A stretch of DNA of 64,000 nt from Octopus vulgaris (Eukaryota): the NCBI GenBank assembly GCA_951406725.2, contig OX597829.1:57474001-57538000 (forward strand), in the 5' to 3' direction. A model generated the notes under the pieces. The model was not told the origin of the DNA. It worked only from the letters and a program-made list of their open reading frames with translations, and did not search any database. This document shows, piece by piece, positions 43,978 through 58,929 of the stretch; position 1 is the first letter of the stretch; the number at the start of each line of letters is the position of its first letter. Made by a program: the position numbers and the translations under genes.

Positions 43978-44160
43978 ACTCCTTCAGTTCATGGACAAAA
44001 TTCAATCCTTTCTACTCCCTCAGTTGATTGATAAATGTCAGACGATCTCTCCCACACTTGAGGGTACCATGCTGTGGACCCCAAGACACAAGTTTTATTC
44101 GATTAATAAAAATAAACAAGCTTTTGACGGTTTTATGGATATTTCAAAATTATGATGCTA

Positions 44161-45452
44161 CGAGGGGCGTTCAATAAGTAATGCCTCTGACCCACTTGCA
44201 GTTGTTTGATCTAGCTGAAAATTTACATGTGCAATTATTTATATCTCTATAGATTAAGTGGCAAATTACAGCTCTGAACTAATTGTGGTTTCTGATATAC
44301 AGGTGTTTGAACTGAGTCAAGTGTGAAATGGAGCCTGTTGTGTGTCGAGCAGTGATCCGGTTTTTGTATTTGAAAGGACGCACACCACGGGAGACTTTTG
44401 ATGAAATGAAAGTAACTTATGGTGATGATGCCCCATCATATGACCTTGTAAAACGCTGGCATCGTGAATTCAAACATGGTTGGAACTCTGTGGAAACAGC
44501 TCCCAGATCTGGTCGCCCCCCTTCTGCCATTGATGAGGCATCTGTCCGTCAAGTTGAGGCTGCCATTTTGGAAGATCGACGCATAACTATTCGCCAAATA
44601 GCCCATGAGGTCAAGTTTAGTACCGGGTCTGTGGAAACTATCATTCATGACCATTTGCATATGCAAAAGGTGTCTGCCAGATGGATTCCCAGGTTGCTCA
44701 CACCTTTCCAGAAGCAAGAACGCATTGAGTGCTCGAGGATGAATTTGGAGATGTGCCAAGAAGATGAGTCAAAATTTTTCAAAAGACTGATTACACAGGA
44801 TGAAACCTGGGTCCATCACGATGATCCAGAGACCAAAGCCCAGTCAATGCAGTGGAAGCTCCGGGACTCACCTCCTCCAAAGAAGGCAAGGGTGCAGCCC
44901 TCCGCTGGCAAGGTCATGCTCACAGTCTTCTGGGACCAGGACGGAGTAGTAATGACAGATTTCCTGGCAAAGGGTACCACAATTACAGGAACCTATTATG
45001 CTTCACTTTTGAGGAAATTAAGAGAAGCTATCAAAATCAAGAGGCGGGGCAAGATCAGCAAAGGCATCCTCCTCCTGCAGGACAACGCTCCGGTCTACAA
45101 CTCGCGTGTCGCCAGATCAGAAGCACAGGCGTGCGGCTATGAACTCCTCCCCCATCCCCCTACTCTCCTGACCTTGCACCCTCTGATTTTCACCTCTTCC
45201 TAGCCATGAAGTTGTTTTTGAAAGGAAAGCGTTTCCCAGATGATGCAGCCTTGATTTCTGAAGTCACGTCGTGGTTGGAGGACCAAGCTGGGGTCTTCTA
45301 CAAAAACGGTCTCCAGAGTTGCATCAAACGATGGGAGAAATGCGTAACTCTGAGTGGTTCCTATGTAGAAAAAGACTAATAACTCTGCCAAGTTTCGTTG
45401 CTCTACTGCTATGGGAAGTGGGTCAGGGGCATTACTTATTGAACGCCCCTCG
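44161..45452 (+). mobile_element. Near-intact mariner transposon (irritans-like, DD34D)
   Basis: TIRs cgaggggcgttcaataagtaatgcc / ggcattacttattgaacgcccctcg; TA TSD on both sides; 1292 bp. Confidence 0.97.
44328..45379 (+). pseudogene. mariner transposase with a single frameshift
   Basis: WIPRLL, TQDETW and LQDNAP are in frame. A 1-nt loss in ccccatccccctac shifts HPPYSPDLAPSDFHLF...RWEKC..YVEKD* into another frame. Confidence 0.92.
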
Positions 45453-45505
45453 TATGAGGCAGGGTGTTTCCATTATTTTGTCCAACCCCTGTATATGTAT
45501 ATATA

Positions 45506-45560
<55 letters not shown>

Positions 45561-45655
45561 TCCAAACATGAAAGCACAAAAAGATACAACGCGAGGACGT
45601 GGAACAAATATAGTATTATTGGACGCACATGTATGTGTGTGTGTATCTATATATA

Positions 45656-45730
<75 letters not shown>

Positions 45731-45916
45731 TATGTTTATCGTCAGCATGGAAAATTCGTTTAACCGAAACCTGGGTAGCAAATTCACGTCAGAAACACGG
45801 TTGAAGCGACCTGTCCAAGGGTAGAAACTCCGGGTTCATGTGCAGAAATTTGTGTGTTATATATGAATAAATGAAAGAATGGAGTCGAACGAAGATGTTA
45901 ACAAAATTCCTTTACT

Positions 45917-45994
45917 CTCGACATATGTTTCGAAGACAACATGTTTTCATTCCAAAGGAATAAAGGGTGCATTATGCAATCTTCTCGTCAGGAA
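45917..45994 (-). ncRNA. Type I hammerhead ribozyme in a PLE terminal repeat
   Basis: Minus strand: UUC-CUGACGA-GAAGA(...)UCUUC-GAAAC-AUAU-GUC-GAG. Stem I is only 3 bp. Confidence 0.75.
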
Positions 45995-46643
45995 TGAAAG
46001 GGAGCCTCTCTCGACAACAAGACAAACAAAAATTTCGATTACTGCCTGCATGGTAAACAAAGCGAAAATGAGTGTTTTTTTTTAAAAACCGTTAGAAGAA
46101 TTGACGTCAAAGATAGATAGTAGGAAGAGAAGGGTTAAAGGAATAATAGGTAGGGAACAAGTGGAGAGGGAAGGGTACGTTGATTGAAAGAATGTTCGAA
46201 GGCTTAGGAAAGAATTTCGCTATAGAAGTGGGGTGGGCGTAAAGCTAATTGTTCAAACCACAGTGACTATCGTTATCATTTATATGAGTAGAAAGTATGT
46301 TTCTGCCAGTGTTTACATTTATATGATTTTTCTATGAGTGTGTTTACTAGGGGAACCTTAGAGAAAAGAATATGGAAGAGTTCAGAGTTACAAATGTTAC
46401 AAAATCTCCTGCCCTTATCAAAAAGAAAGGATACAGACAGTATGAACCAATCTAACTTGAAATTTATATTGTTATCTTTAAGACGCCAAACTAATTTACT
46501 TAGCCCTGTACTATGTCGTTTTTTACTATCCCCGAATGTTGAATAATGGGTGGCTTTATTGAGTTCACATGTTCTAACAGCACTGGGACATATGTCAAGA
46601 GTAAAGGAATTTTGTTAACATCTTCGTTCGACTCCATTCTTTC

Positions 46644-46699
<56 letters not shown>

Positions 46700-46702
<3 letters not shown>

Positions 46703-47410
46703 GGATCAACACCACTAAAACCAACCATATGGCTGCAATATGTTGATGACACCTTCATACTCTGGCCCCACCAGGAAGATGTCCCAGTGCTGTTAGAACA
46801 TATGAACTCAATAAAGCCACCCATACAGTTCACAATGGAAAAGGAAAAAGACAATCAACTGGCATTCCTCGACGTATTAATAACACGCACCAAATATGGA
46901 TTCAGGACATCCGTATACCGCAAGCTGAACTTCACGGGACGATACCTCAACTTCAACTCCCACCATCCATGTAGTGTAAAAAGAGGGACTGCTCAGTGCC
47001 TAAAACATCGAGTAAAGAATATAAGTAGCGTTCCTGATACACACCACGAAGAAATGGTCAAGCTCAGTAACAATCTATTAAGCAACAACTACCCCCAAAA
47101 CATACTATCCACTCCAATTATGAAGAAAAAAGCGGATGAAACCGATAAACTGTCCCCAGTCTGTCTACCTTATGTGAAAGGCCTCTCCGAAAAGATACAA
47201 AAGATATGCGGCCCATATGACATCAGGACAGTATTCAAGAGTAATACAACACTTTGCGAATATCTCGTTTGAGTAAAACCACCAATAGAAGAGAATATGA
47301 CCAAAAACTGCGTGTACTCCATCGCATGCAGCTGTGGTAGGTTATTCAATGGCGAAACATGCCGATCCCTCAAAATAAGGGTAGAGGAACATCGCAAAGC
47401 TGTGACACGG
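46700..47410 (+). mobile_element. Penelope-like element fragment (RT YVDD to GIY-YIG), Poseidon-like
   Basis: WLQYVDDTF, QFTMEKE..LAFLDVLI, VYRK..YLNFNSHHP, LPYVKGLSE, NCVYSIACSCG..GETCRSLKIRVEEH. Confidence 0.9.
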
Positions 47411-47469
47411 TAATAAGGAAGGATAGAAAAATATTACATTTATAAGCCCTAAAATTCACTCCATAATTG

Positions 47470-47860
<391 letters not shown>

Positions 47861-47869
47861 TAATAAAAA

Positions 47870-48070
47870 CACCCTAGGTACTTACAAACAGACATATAAC
47901 ATACAAACACAAAATTGCACTACTAGGTACTGCACACATCCTACGCAGAACACTTTCCATACAATAACCATCAGAGCATCACAACAAATCACAGCACATA
48001 CCCAAGGCACACAGAGCTGCGCTCGGTAGTGAAGTGAAAGCACGCTATAAAAATAAAAATAAAACTACTG
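47870..48070 (+). mobile_element. Dong-like family B 3' fragment
   Basis: Matches 49060-49244. Confidence 0.85.
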
Positions 48071-48132
48071 AATACTAATAATAATAATAACAATAATAAT
48101 AATGACGACGACGATGATGATGATGATGATGA

Positions 48133-49387
<1,255 letters not shown>

Positions 49388-49493
49388 TACAACATCGAAA
49401 AATAGGACATCAAACAACATTAGGGTTAATGTAAATAATGTAAATAATACACATATATATATAAATATATACATACATATACATATATATATG

Positions 49494-49548
<55 letters not shown>

Positions 49549-50088
49549 TGAACTTTCCAGAAGTTCCTGACGATGAATTTGTCATATTTACATACCGAAA
49601 TTTACCGGTTAATAATTGTTGGTTATATGAAAAACCACTGAAAAATTATTTACCATTTTTATTGTATTACCTTGTGGACTTCTTATTCCATTGCGATCGG
49701 CCAGGCGGCGCGCACGGCAGAATTTTGGAGGGAAAATTTACGTTCTCAGTCATTACTTAGTTTTAACATATGCACACCTCCCCCCACTATCTGATGTCGC
49801 TTGGTCAGAAGTGAGGGCTTGTGGCATTTGGTAAATCTATCGAATATGGTGTTCATAAAGGAAATCAAGCTATTTTCGAGCTTGTGATCCAGAAACATGT
49901 TCATCATTAACGGTAAGAGATTGGTTTCGTTTATTTGCTACTCCGTTGTTTGCGTATGTGAATCGCAGGGCTCGTCGTATTTGGAAAATCCACTTATAGA
50001 AAATGAAAAAACAGTCTTTTGACTGCCATTTCTAATTCCTTCGGTATGCGGCGAGGCAGCCTGTTGCCCGCCCTTTAATTATTTTCAC

Positions 50089-50170
<82 letters not shown>

Positions 50171-50192
50171 AAAACATGATGCCAAGGATTCA

Positions 50193-50270
50193 GCGGTACA
50201 TATGTTTCAGGCCTTTATTAGACGGATTTATAACAATGCATAATGTGTGTCTATGGCCTTCTTCAGCCGC
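50193..50270 (-). ncRNA. Type I hammerhead ribozyme
   Basis: Minus strand: GCGG-CUGAAGA-AGGCC(...)GGCCU-GAAAC-AUAU-GUA-CCGC. Perfect core and stems. Confidence 0.85.
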
Positions 50271-51548
50271 GCACAACTACTACCTCAAGGACATGTATTA
50301 CATCAAAAATTCTACGTTGGGGATGCAAATCCTCTCATTCGCGTACGACATAATGCGGCAACAGCATAAAAATGAAGCGTCCATCTCGTCCTTCTCTCAA
50401 TGTAGAATGAGGAAGTTTGGATGTTGAGGTAATATAACTAAATGAATAAATAAATATATACATATATAAATACAGACAGACGTGAAGGAACCTGGTAATA
50501 AGAGCAAATAGGGATAAAGATGGAGGGGCGAGAATTCAGGACGAAGGATAAAAAAATATATAAAAATGTGGAAAATAAGAAAAATAAGAATGTAAGTATA
50601 GAAAAATATAAAAATGTAGAGTATAAAGATATAAAGAGATATAAAAAAATATAAATGAATATAAAGGTATAAAGTTATAAAAAAATAAAAAAATTACAAA
50701 ATTAAAAAAATAAAAAAATAAAGAAATATAAAAGAATTATCAGAAATATAAAGGATATAAGAATATAGAAATGTAAAAGAATATAAGGATAAGGGATATA
50801 AAGTTGTTACGGACCAACATGGTGGTCAGGAAAATGACAAATTCTGGTTGTAGAAGCCTTGGGTGTCATAAATCAACCGGGGCGTCTGGGGACCTAGTGT
50901 ATTGTAAATTGGAGTTGTTTGGTTAAGCCGCTTATCTAGTTCTTCGTGACGTATCAAGTGGTCATCATGTACATACGTACACGCATGGATACATACACCC
51001 ATATACACGCGCACATATACGCACGCATACGCAACTACACGCATACGAGCATACATACGTACTCTCGTGTAAACATATACAGATATATATATATATAGAA
51101 AAAGGCGCATGTAGTTGGGTACATGAACCGACGCGCATACGTACGTATATACATACACTCACATGCGTTCATATAGGCACACTCGCACTTACACGCATGC
51201 ACAAGACGAAGTGAATCTCTATGCGTGTGGGCAGAAATATGTATACACCTGCACTCACGTGCACACCCACGCACATGGGGGAGTAAATCCCTATGCCTAT
51301 ACACAAAAGTATGCATAAGCACAGACACAGGTGTAACAAAAAGATCCGTTCTCGCACACGGGCAAGATACGGAGTCATAGTGGGTACAGAAGGTAGACAT
51401 GAACGTAAGAAACTTGCGGGCAAAAGATTGTAACAGAATATGCATATATATACACGGACAATATACATATATATATATACACACACACACACACATACGC
51501 ATATATATATATACACATATATGTATAATTATCAAGTACTCACCCTGA

Positions 51549-51591
<43 letters not shown>

Positions 51592-51803
51592 TGAGAGGTT
51601 TTGGTATCCAGAAGATCCAAAAGGCAAGTAAGGCTATGTCAGTGTTACAGAAGGACTCCTGGTTACAGAAGGACTTCTGGTTCAATAACAGTACGAGTGA
51701 GGAGTCTAACGTGGGTCGTGTATGAGCGTATATATGTTGAATAAAATGAGACAACAAAGCCAAGGCAGTGTGAGATTTCTAGGATATTTACAAAGAGAAA
51801 GGT

Positions 51804-51852
51804 AGTTTTACAGCTGTTTCAGGAATATGAAGGATATCCTATCATCAGAGAC
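51804..51852 (-). ncRNA. Degenerate hammerhead ribozyme
   Basis: Minus strand: GGUCU-CUGAUGA-U-AGGA(...)UCCU-GAAAC-AGCU-GUA-AAACU. One extra nucleotide before stem II and a mismatch in stem I. Confidence 0.55.
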
Positions 51853-52194
51853 CATAAGAGAGAGTTAAATAGAAGGAAAAAGTAGAGTTCAATATAAGAA
51901 GTTAATATGGAAAGGAAGAGATATAGGAAGTGTAACGGGAAATATAAGAATAAAAATATATGTTGGATGTTACAGTTGTAGTTCCATTATGCAAGGAATG
52001 TGCTGTGTAGAAGTGGTAGAAATGCTTCATATTTTGTTATTACAAATGGATAGTGTGAAGGCGCAGATTCCACGTCCTGTTCATTCAAAGGGGTCTTGTA
52101 AAGACTAACTTTTTCTTTATTAAATATCCTAGAAATTTCACACTGCTTTAGCTCTTCGTTGTTTCACTTTACACATACACACATACTTATGCAT

Positions 52195-52330
<136 letters not shown>

Positions 52331-52439
52331 ATCCATACGAACAAATATTCCTACATATATTTTTTATGTATACATTTGAATATATATTGAGAGACATTTG
52401 CATGTAACTGCGTGAATATATGTAAATAACAATATTTTT

Positions 52440-53720
52440 TTTAAATGGGTATAAAGGAGTACGTAATCATACGTAACTTTGATTACTCAATGTTTAGTTG
52501 GTGTTTTCTAATGGATTTTTGGTATAGTAATTCCGGCGGTTTCAGTATTATTTTGGACTCAGGTTTGATATGCATTTACGGATAAAGTATTCTTCTTTGG
52601 CTTTGAGAAGATATTCATTTTCCGTTCATATTTTTAAAAAAGGAGTAATTTTGAATCATAGATTTGTTGTTTATGTATCCTTACTCTTTCGTATAAGCCA
52701 ATACCCATTTCCCCAATATAGTATTCTTTGTATTCGGGGCATGTGACACAGTAAATCAGATTTCCGTGTTTGCAATTCATATTTGCATTGGTTTTTTAAA
52801 TATTGTTGTTTTAAGGGGTAATTTGTTCTCTTTCTTCCATGTAATTGCATATTTCACAACGAGGTCACCACATTTTTGAACGCTCTTTGTTGCTTCTCTT
52901 ATTGTAAATCTTGCTTGAGTTAAGAGTCAAGAGCTTTTCAGGTTGGGCGCTTGGTGTCTGCTATATACTATTTCTGAACCTGCCATTAGTTTGTACATTT
53001 TTGATGATTGTTAAAGTATTGGGAAATGTTTTTTTAGCAGTATTGATGATATCGTGATTTTCTGGGTTATGGTCGATGACAAAGGAAATGCTTATATGTT
53101 CATTTCTATTTCTTTGTGTTTATTTTCCTCTGAGCTTGTGTAGTTTGGATATTTTTTTACTTTTGTAACGGTGGAATCAACTAATCTAGTAGGATATTTT
53201 TCTTTTTCTAGAAATATTTTCAATTCTTAAAATTTTTTAAACCTTAATTCTGCATCTATTAGGAAAGTGCAAGTTCGTTTTGCCATATTAAAATTTATAT
53301 TTCTTTTAGTATGTGAGGGCTAGGAGGAGTGGAAGTTCAAGTATTGGTGTGTGTCTGTGGGTTTATAAGAAAAGGTCTGCTGTAATGATGTTATCACTTT
53401 AATTAGAAGTATGTCCAAAATGGTAAATTCTTTGTGTGACACTACATAGTGAATTTTATCAAGGTATGTAGATTATTTAGAAGTGAGTGAAAGATTTCTC
53501 GGTCTTCTTGATTTTTGTTCCAAAATATAAAATGGTCATTCAAGTGTCGTTTTCAAATGTTCTTTATGTTTGTGATAGTTGGGAACAAAGTTTGTTCACT
53601 CAGAGATACATTACGAGTGTTGCACAAGTGGGGGCTACTTTTGCCCACATCACTGTTCCTTTTATTTGCAAATAGAAGTCGAAGAAGTATTCATTTCCAG
53701 TATTAATTCTAATCCTTTTA
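52440..53720 (-). mobile_element. Decayed Penelope-like element (RT and GIY-YIG)
   Basis: KVAPTCATLVM, YKPTDTHQYLNFHSS, NLIYCVTCPEYKEYYIGE remnants. Confidence 0.8.
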
Positions 53721-53892
53721 AAACAAAAACGTTTTTGAAAATTTTTCTATGATATGGTTGGGTGCTTTGTTGACCAGAAATTCAGTGTGTGTGTGTTCTG
53801 TATAAAAATGTGCATATCTATCTGTCTGTCTGTATGTATGTATATATATGTTTCTGTGTGTTAGTGTGAGTGTTTATGTATATACATACACG

Positions 53893-53943
<51 letters not shown>

Positions 53944-54359
53944 TATGTGTGTATTTGTGTATGTGTTTATATGTGTGTATTTGTGTATGTATATTTATGA
54001 ACACTGTATGAGAACTAAATGTGTATGTTTGCGACCTTATTCGTGAATAGACTTCCTGGTAGGTGCCTCCATCATTAACACAGTTTTATAGAATTATTTC
54101 ATACTAAAATGACCACTCCAATAAATTCCATTTCTCCACTCTTCATCTACGTAGTTCTCCTTCCCCACGCCATTTTTATGTGAGTGCATGTATGTATGTA
54201 TGAAAGTATGTGAATGAATACATGCATATATCTGTTTGTGTTTCTCTGCGTGTATGTATGTGTAAGGTCCTATGATTTTTTTATGTGTACGTGTGTATGT
54301 GTGTGTGTATGTGTTTCTATATACGTATTTATGTATGGGTATATGTATATGTGTCTGTG

Positions 54360-54399
<40 letters not shown>

Positions 54400-54921
54400 T
54401 AAACACTACCCTATTTAAACAGTGAATAACAAACTCTAAAATATCAGTTTGAAACCCACTTTTCAGCGAGTAACTCCTCTCAGAGTCACCTTTTATAAAC
54501 TTATAAACATCTAATTATTAAACTGGAAAAATTATCAGAAAAGCCTTTCTATTCATCTTTCCAAAGACACACACACACACACCCTATACACATCACACAC
54601 ACACACACCACACACACACACACACACCCTATACACATCACACGCACACACACATACAGACACACATATCCACGCACATGTGAGTCTCTGTATGTGTGGG
54701 TGTAGACACACATATGCACGCACGAGTGAGTTTGCGTGAACACTCGGGAGAGAAAACAGTGTATTCAACAGAGAAATGTATTAATTGCTAGGTGGGAATT
54801 TGTACGTGTGTCAATATGTGTGTGAGAGTATGTGCGTATGTATGTGTGTGTGTATGTATGCGTGTGTGCATGTATATATGTATGTATGTGTGTGTTTGTG
54901 TGTTTGTGTGTGTTGTGTGTG

Positions 54922-54986
<65 letters not shown>

Positions 54987-55794
54987 TGTGTGTGTACAAC
55001 CTGTTTTATTCTCGGTATAATTTAAGCTGCATCTGTTAGTAGGGCCGTGGTTCGGAAGACTTACAGTTTTGAATAGTAAGGAACTACCCCTTAGCAGAGC
55101 GGCAAAATGAAGCGAGCAAGACATCTTGGTCATCCACTGCATCTGCCTCTGTTCCCAGTCGTCTTGATCTGGTCTTCTTACTGGATTGAAGAGGATTAGA
55201 ATAAACTAGAGAGAATGAAGCAAGTCTTCTTCCCTTTGAAAGTCTTCTTCCCTTTTGACGACGAGACAGTCTTCTTCGCTCCAGCGGATGAACATGGTGT
55301 ATGGGTGGGGGGCGCAGGAGATATTTAAAACTTACAAGGCTTGACACATGACGAAAACATCATCAAATCTAAAGAGAAATTCTTAATGAAAAGCGATATC
55401 GCAATTGGGTGCGGATGGACGGGAGTAACAAAAATGACTGGAAAAGTATTTAAGAATATGATAATAAATGCTTGCAGAAGTATACGTATATATGGTGAAG
55501 GGTGTGTGGGCCATGAGAGTATTGAATAATGAGTTTAATGAATGTCATTAAATTGTTAAGCAACACATCAACATATATGAAGAATGTATTATCAATATCA
55601 CAGCTCTATCATTAAAAAAAAGACCAAAAACATTATGAGTATAACATACTTATCGTCTGTGTGTTGTTTGAATACCAGGAACTGCTATTGCAAGTTTCGA
55701 ATTTGAAAGCAATGTTTTGTGCAAAGGCGATGACTACAAAATATTTAAAGTTCTTACGATGAAAATGCATTTTGAAACTTTCGTGTATATGCTA

Positions 55795-56217
55795 TCTTAT
55801 AATAATTCTGCTTGCCATCCCGTTATTTAGCCTGTCGGTATCGCTTTCACGTGATTAGAGAAAAAGGGGGAGAGAGAAAAAGACTGAGGGAGAGAGAGAG
55901 AAAGGGGAGAGAGAAGCGTCCATGACATGAGGTAGAGAGAATGTAATTGTAACGCTTTCACTTGATTAGTTGAAGAGAAAAAAGAACAAGAGAAAGAAAA
56001 AAGAGGATAAGGCGAAGAGTGGGACAGAAAGAAAGAGAAAGAAAAAGAGGGAGAGAAAAAAGACGGAGGGGGAAGCGTCCATGACATGTGGTAGGGGGAA
56101 CGTAATATTTATTATTAGGTTAAAAAAGTTTGTTGAAGGTAGTGATAGAGAGGAGAGTTAGGAATATAATTTTAGCAGAGGGGTGATGTTCTGGTGGTGA
56201 GATTAAAGAAAGGAAGA

Positions 56218-56251
<34 letters not shown>

Positions 56252-57145
56252 TAGAGAGAGAGAGATGATCGTGGTGGTGGAGGTGGTGATGGTAAGTGCA
56301 TAGTGAAAAGATTTTTTTTTTTCAATTGCACTAAGTTTTTTATATCACCTATCACCTAACGTATGCGTATCCCAAACTTGTTATTCACTTTAAAAAGAAA
56401 CCAGTTTCCTGTTCGCCTGTCATATGCAATGACTATCAATAAATCACAGGGGCAGACATTTGATAAAGTGGGGTTGTTCTTGCCTGAACTTCTATTCGGC
56501 CATGTTCAGCTATATGTTGCATTTTCAAGGGCTCGCAAAATTTCTGATGTGAGAGTTAAAGTTATCAACACTAATAAACAAGGGGAAAAGAAGAGGGAGA
56601 ACTTGCACGAAGAACATAGTCTGCAAAGAAGTATTGGATTGCAAGATGTACACAAATTGAAATGTGTATTGATTCCGACCCATTGCCTAGATCATAAGTT
56701 GCCAACGATGTGGCGTTCAGAGTATGCCATGCTGGATTAAATTTTTACCTCCGTGAAATTGTGACCTCCACATTTTATATATAAAATAATTCTTTGATTA
56801 TAAAATTTTTGTTTTCTAGATATGAAATTGTGGCTATGTAAATTTTAAAATGTAATTTTTTCTCTTTATGGGAAAAATGGCAAAATAGGATTGCATATTT
56901 ATTTTATGAGTGCTGTGTATTAAGTCCATAAAATTGTGTATAAAGTATATAACGTATATATATAAAGTGCATTAAGTAATCATCGTATTCCAATGTCGTT
57001 CACTTTTCAATGAGTGACAGATGAGCAACTATCTTTCTCTACAGATACAACACAGGCTACGCTTTCAAGTTTTTTGGATAAAGTTTTCAAGAATAACCCA
57101 ATAGGTTTACAATTAATTCCGTGAAATATTCACGGGTCCCGCTAA
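55795..57145 (+). mobile_element. Internally deleted Helitron with both termini
   Basis: Starts A|TCTTATAATAA. PIF1 fragment at 56363-56600 ([30 protein letters not shown]). Hairpin ccgtgaa-ata-ttcacgg at 57119-57135, then CTAA (CTRR) at 57142-57145. Confidence 0.8.
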
Positions 57146-57523
57146 TCTTGTAATAATTCTACTTGTCATCCCGTTACTGAGCTCATCAGTAACGTTTTCA
57201 CGTGATTAGAGAAAAAGAGGGAGAGAGAAGCGTCTATGATGTGAGGTAAATGAATTGTAAGTGATTAGCTGAAGGAAAAGAGAGGAGAAAGAAAAAGGAG
57301 ATAGAAAAAGAGGATGGAGCGAAGAGTGAGACAGAAAGAGGGAGAAAGAAAAAGGGAGAGAGAGAGAGAGAGAAACGTCTTTGACGTGAGGTAAGGGGAA
57401 CGTAATATTTATTACGTGGTTAAAAAAGTTAGTTTGAAGGAAGTGATGATATAGAGGAGGAGAGTTAAAAATATAATTTTAGCAGAAGGGTGATGCTCTG
57501 ATGGTGATGTTAAAGAAAGGCAA

Positions 57524-57560
<37 letters not shown>

Positions 57561-57670
57561 TGATGATGATGGTGGTGGTGGTGGTGGTGGCAGTGTGATT
57601 GGATAGTGAAAAGTGTATCTTCTTAAAATTGAACTAGATTTTTTTTATATCATTCATCACTTAACGCATG
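57146..57670 (+). mobile_element. Second, 3'-truncated Helitron copy directly abutting the first
   Basis: TCTTGTAATAATTCTACTTGTCATCCCGTTA matches the start at 55795; homology runs to about 57670. Confidence 0.75.
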
Positions 57671-57982
57671 TTTTTTTTTTATTATACAGACATCAGAAAC
57701 TGGTTTGTACGAATTTTAGGGCTCATGTCCTTTTTGTATTGAGTGGTTATGTAGTTAGAAGCTTGCTTCACAACCACGTGGTTCCCGGTTCAGTCCTAGT
57801 GCGTGGCACCTTGGGCGAGTGTCTTCTATTACAGATGGATCTGGTAGACGGAAACTGAAAGAGACCCGTCATATATATTTATGTGTGTGTGTGTATGTGT
57901 GTGTGTGTGTGTGCGTGTGTATGCATGTGTATGCATGTGTGCATACGTATGTATGTGTGTGTGTGTATGTATGTATGTATAT

Positions 57983-58769
57983 GCAGGGCGTTCGGGCTAA
58001 ATTTGACGACTTCTCTCCCTCCTTTTTCAGGAACAGCTTAATGTATTGTGAACAGTCAACAGTGTTGGAGAGCATAAAGATTAAAGTTGTAGCTGAGAAA
58101 AAGTTAGCTGACATGGATGACTGGCAGCCATTTGGATATTGGCAAATAGTTACCTGTATTATGTTGATTCATGCTGGGTATCAAAATGCCGACATCATGT
58201 CTTCTCAATGCTCTATGAATACTGTAAAATCTGAAAGACGTGACATGAACAGCTGCAACGGAGACTACGAAGCTGTGAACAGCAGGAAGGGACAGTGCGG
58301 CCGTCGTACCTGTCTGTGCATGCTGGAATTCATACCCACCATCTTTGAACAGAGCCTTAGGCTGAATTCGGTCGGTTATGTGAAGCTACTGGAAACTGTG
58401 GACAATGCTTAACTGGAGAGGATTGCAGCTGGAAGGATATATATGTGGCAGCAGGATCTGGTATCTTGCCATACCTCAGGAAAGAGCCGGAAGTGATTGT
58501 CGGAGAATTTCTAGAACTTCATCAGCCCCAATTTCTGGCCTCCTAATTCCCTCGTTTGTAGCTTATGGATTACTGTGTGAGGCGCAACTGGGAAAGATAC
58601 CACCCGCTGTAGTTGCGACAACAACGCCGCACTGGTGGACAAGATCAAGGAAATGATCGAAGATCTTCCTATAGTCACAGTGAGGACCGCATGTGCCGAG
58701 TTCCGGAACTGTTTTGAGGTCGTGCTAGAAGTTGAGGCAAGTACTTCGAGTAAAACTGTTATTTCTCAG

Positions 58770-58770
<1 letters not shown>
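57983..58770 (+). mobile_element. Decayed Tc1/mariner (DD37D-like) element
   Basis: Start cagggcgttcgggctaaatttgacg; YMWQQD and PNFWPPNS remnants. Confidence 0.65.
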
Positions 58771-58812
<42 letters not shown>

Positions 58813-58929
58813 AAACTGCATCCGAAGATAGGCTGACCGACTGATTGGCATGGAGGTAGCAACTTCTGGACACGTGTGCGTGTGTTTGTGTGTCTGTGTT
58901 GTCTATGTATGTATATGCAAATACACACA

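Noticed and set aside
44328-45379. Domesticated SETMAR-like gene
   Set aside because: It is bounded by TIRs and a TA TSD, has no SET domain and is frameshifted.
49570-49620. CTGACGA...CGAAA hammerhead candidate
   Set aside because: Stems II and III do not pair convincingly.
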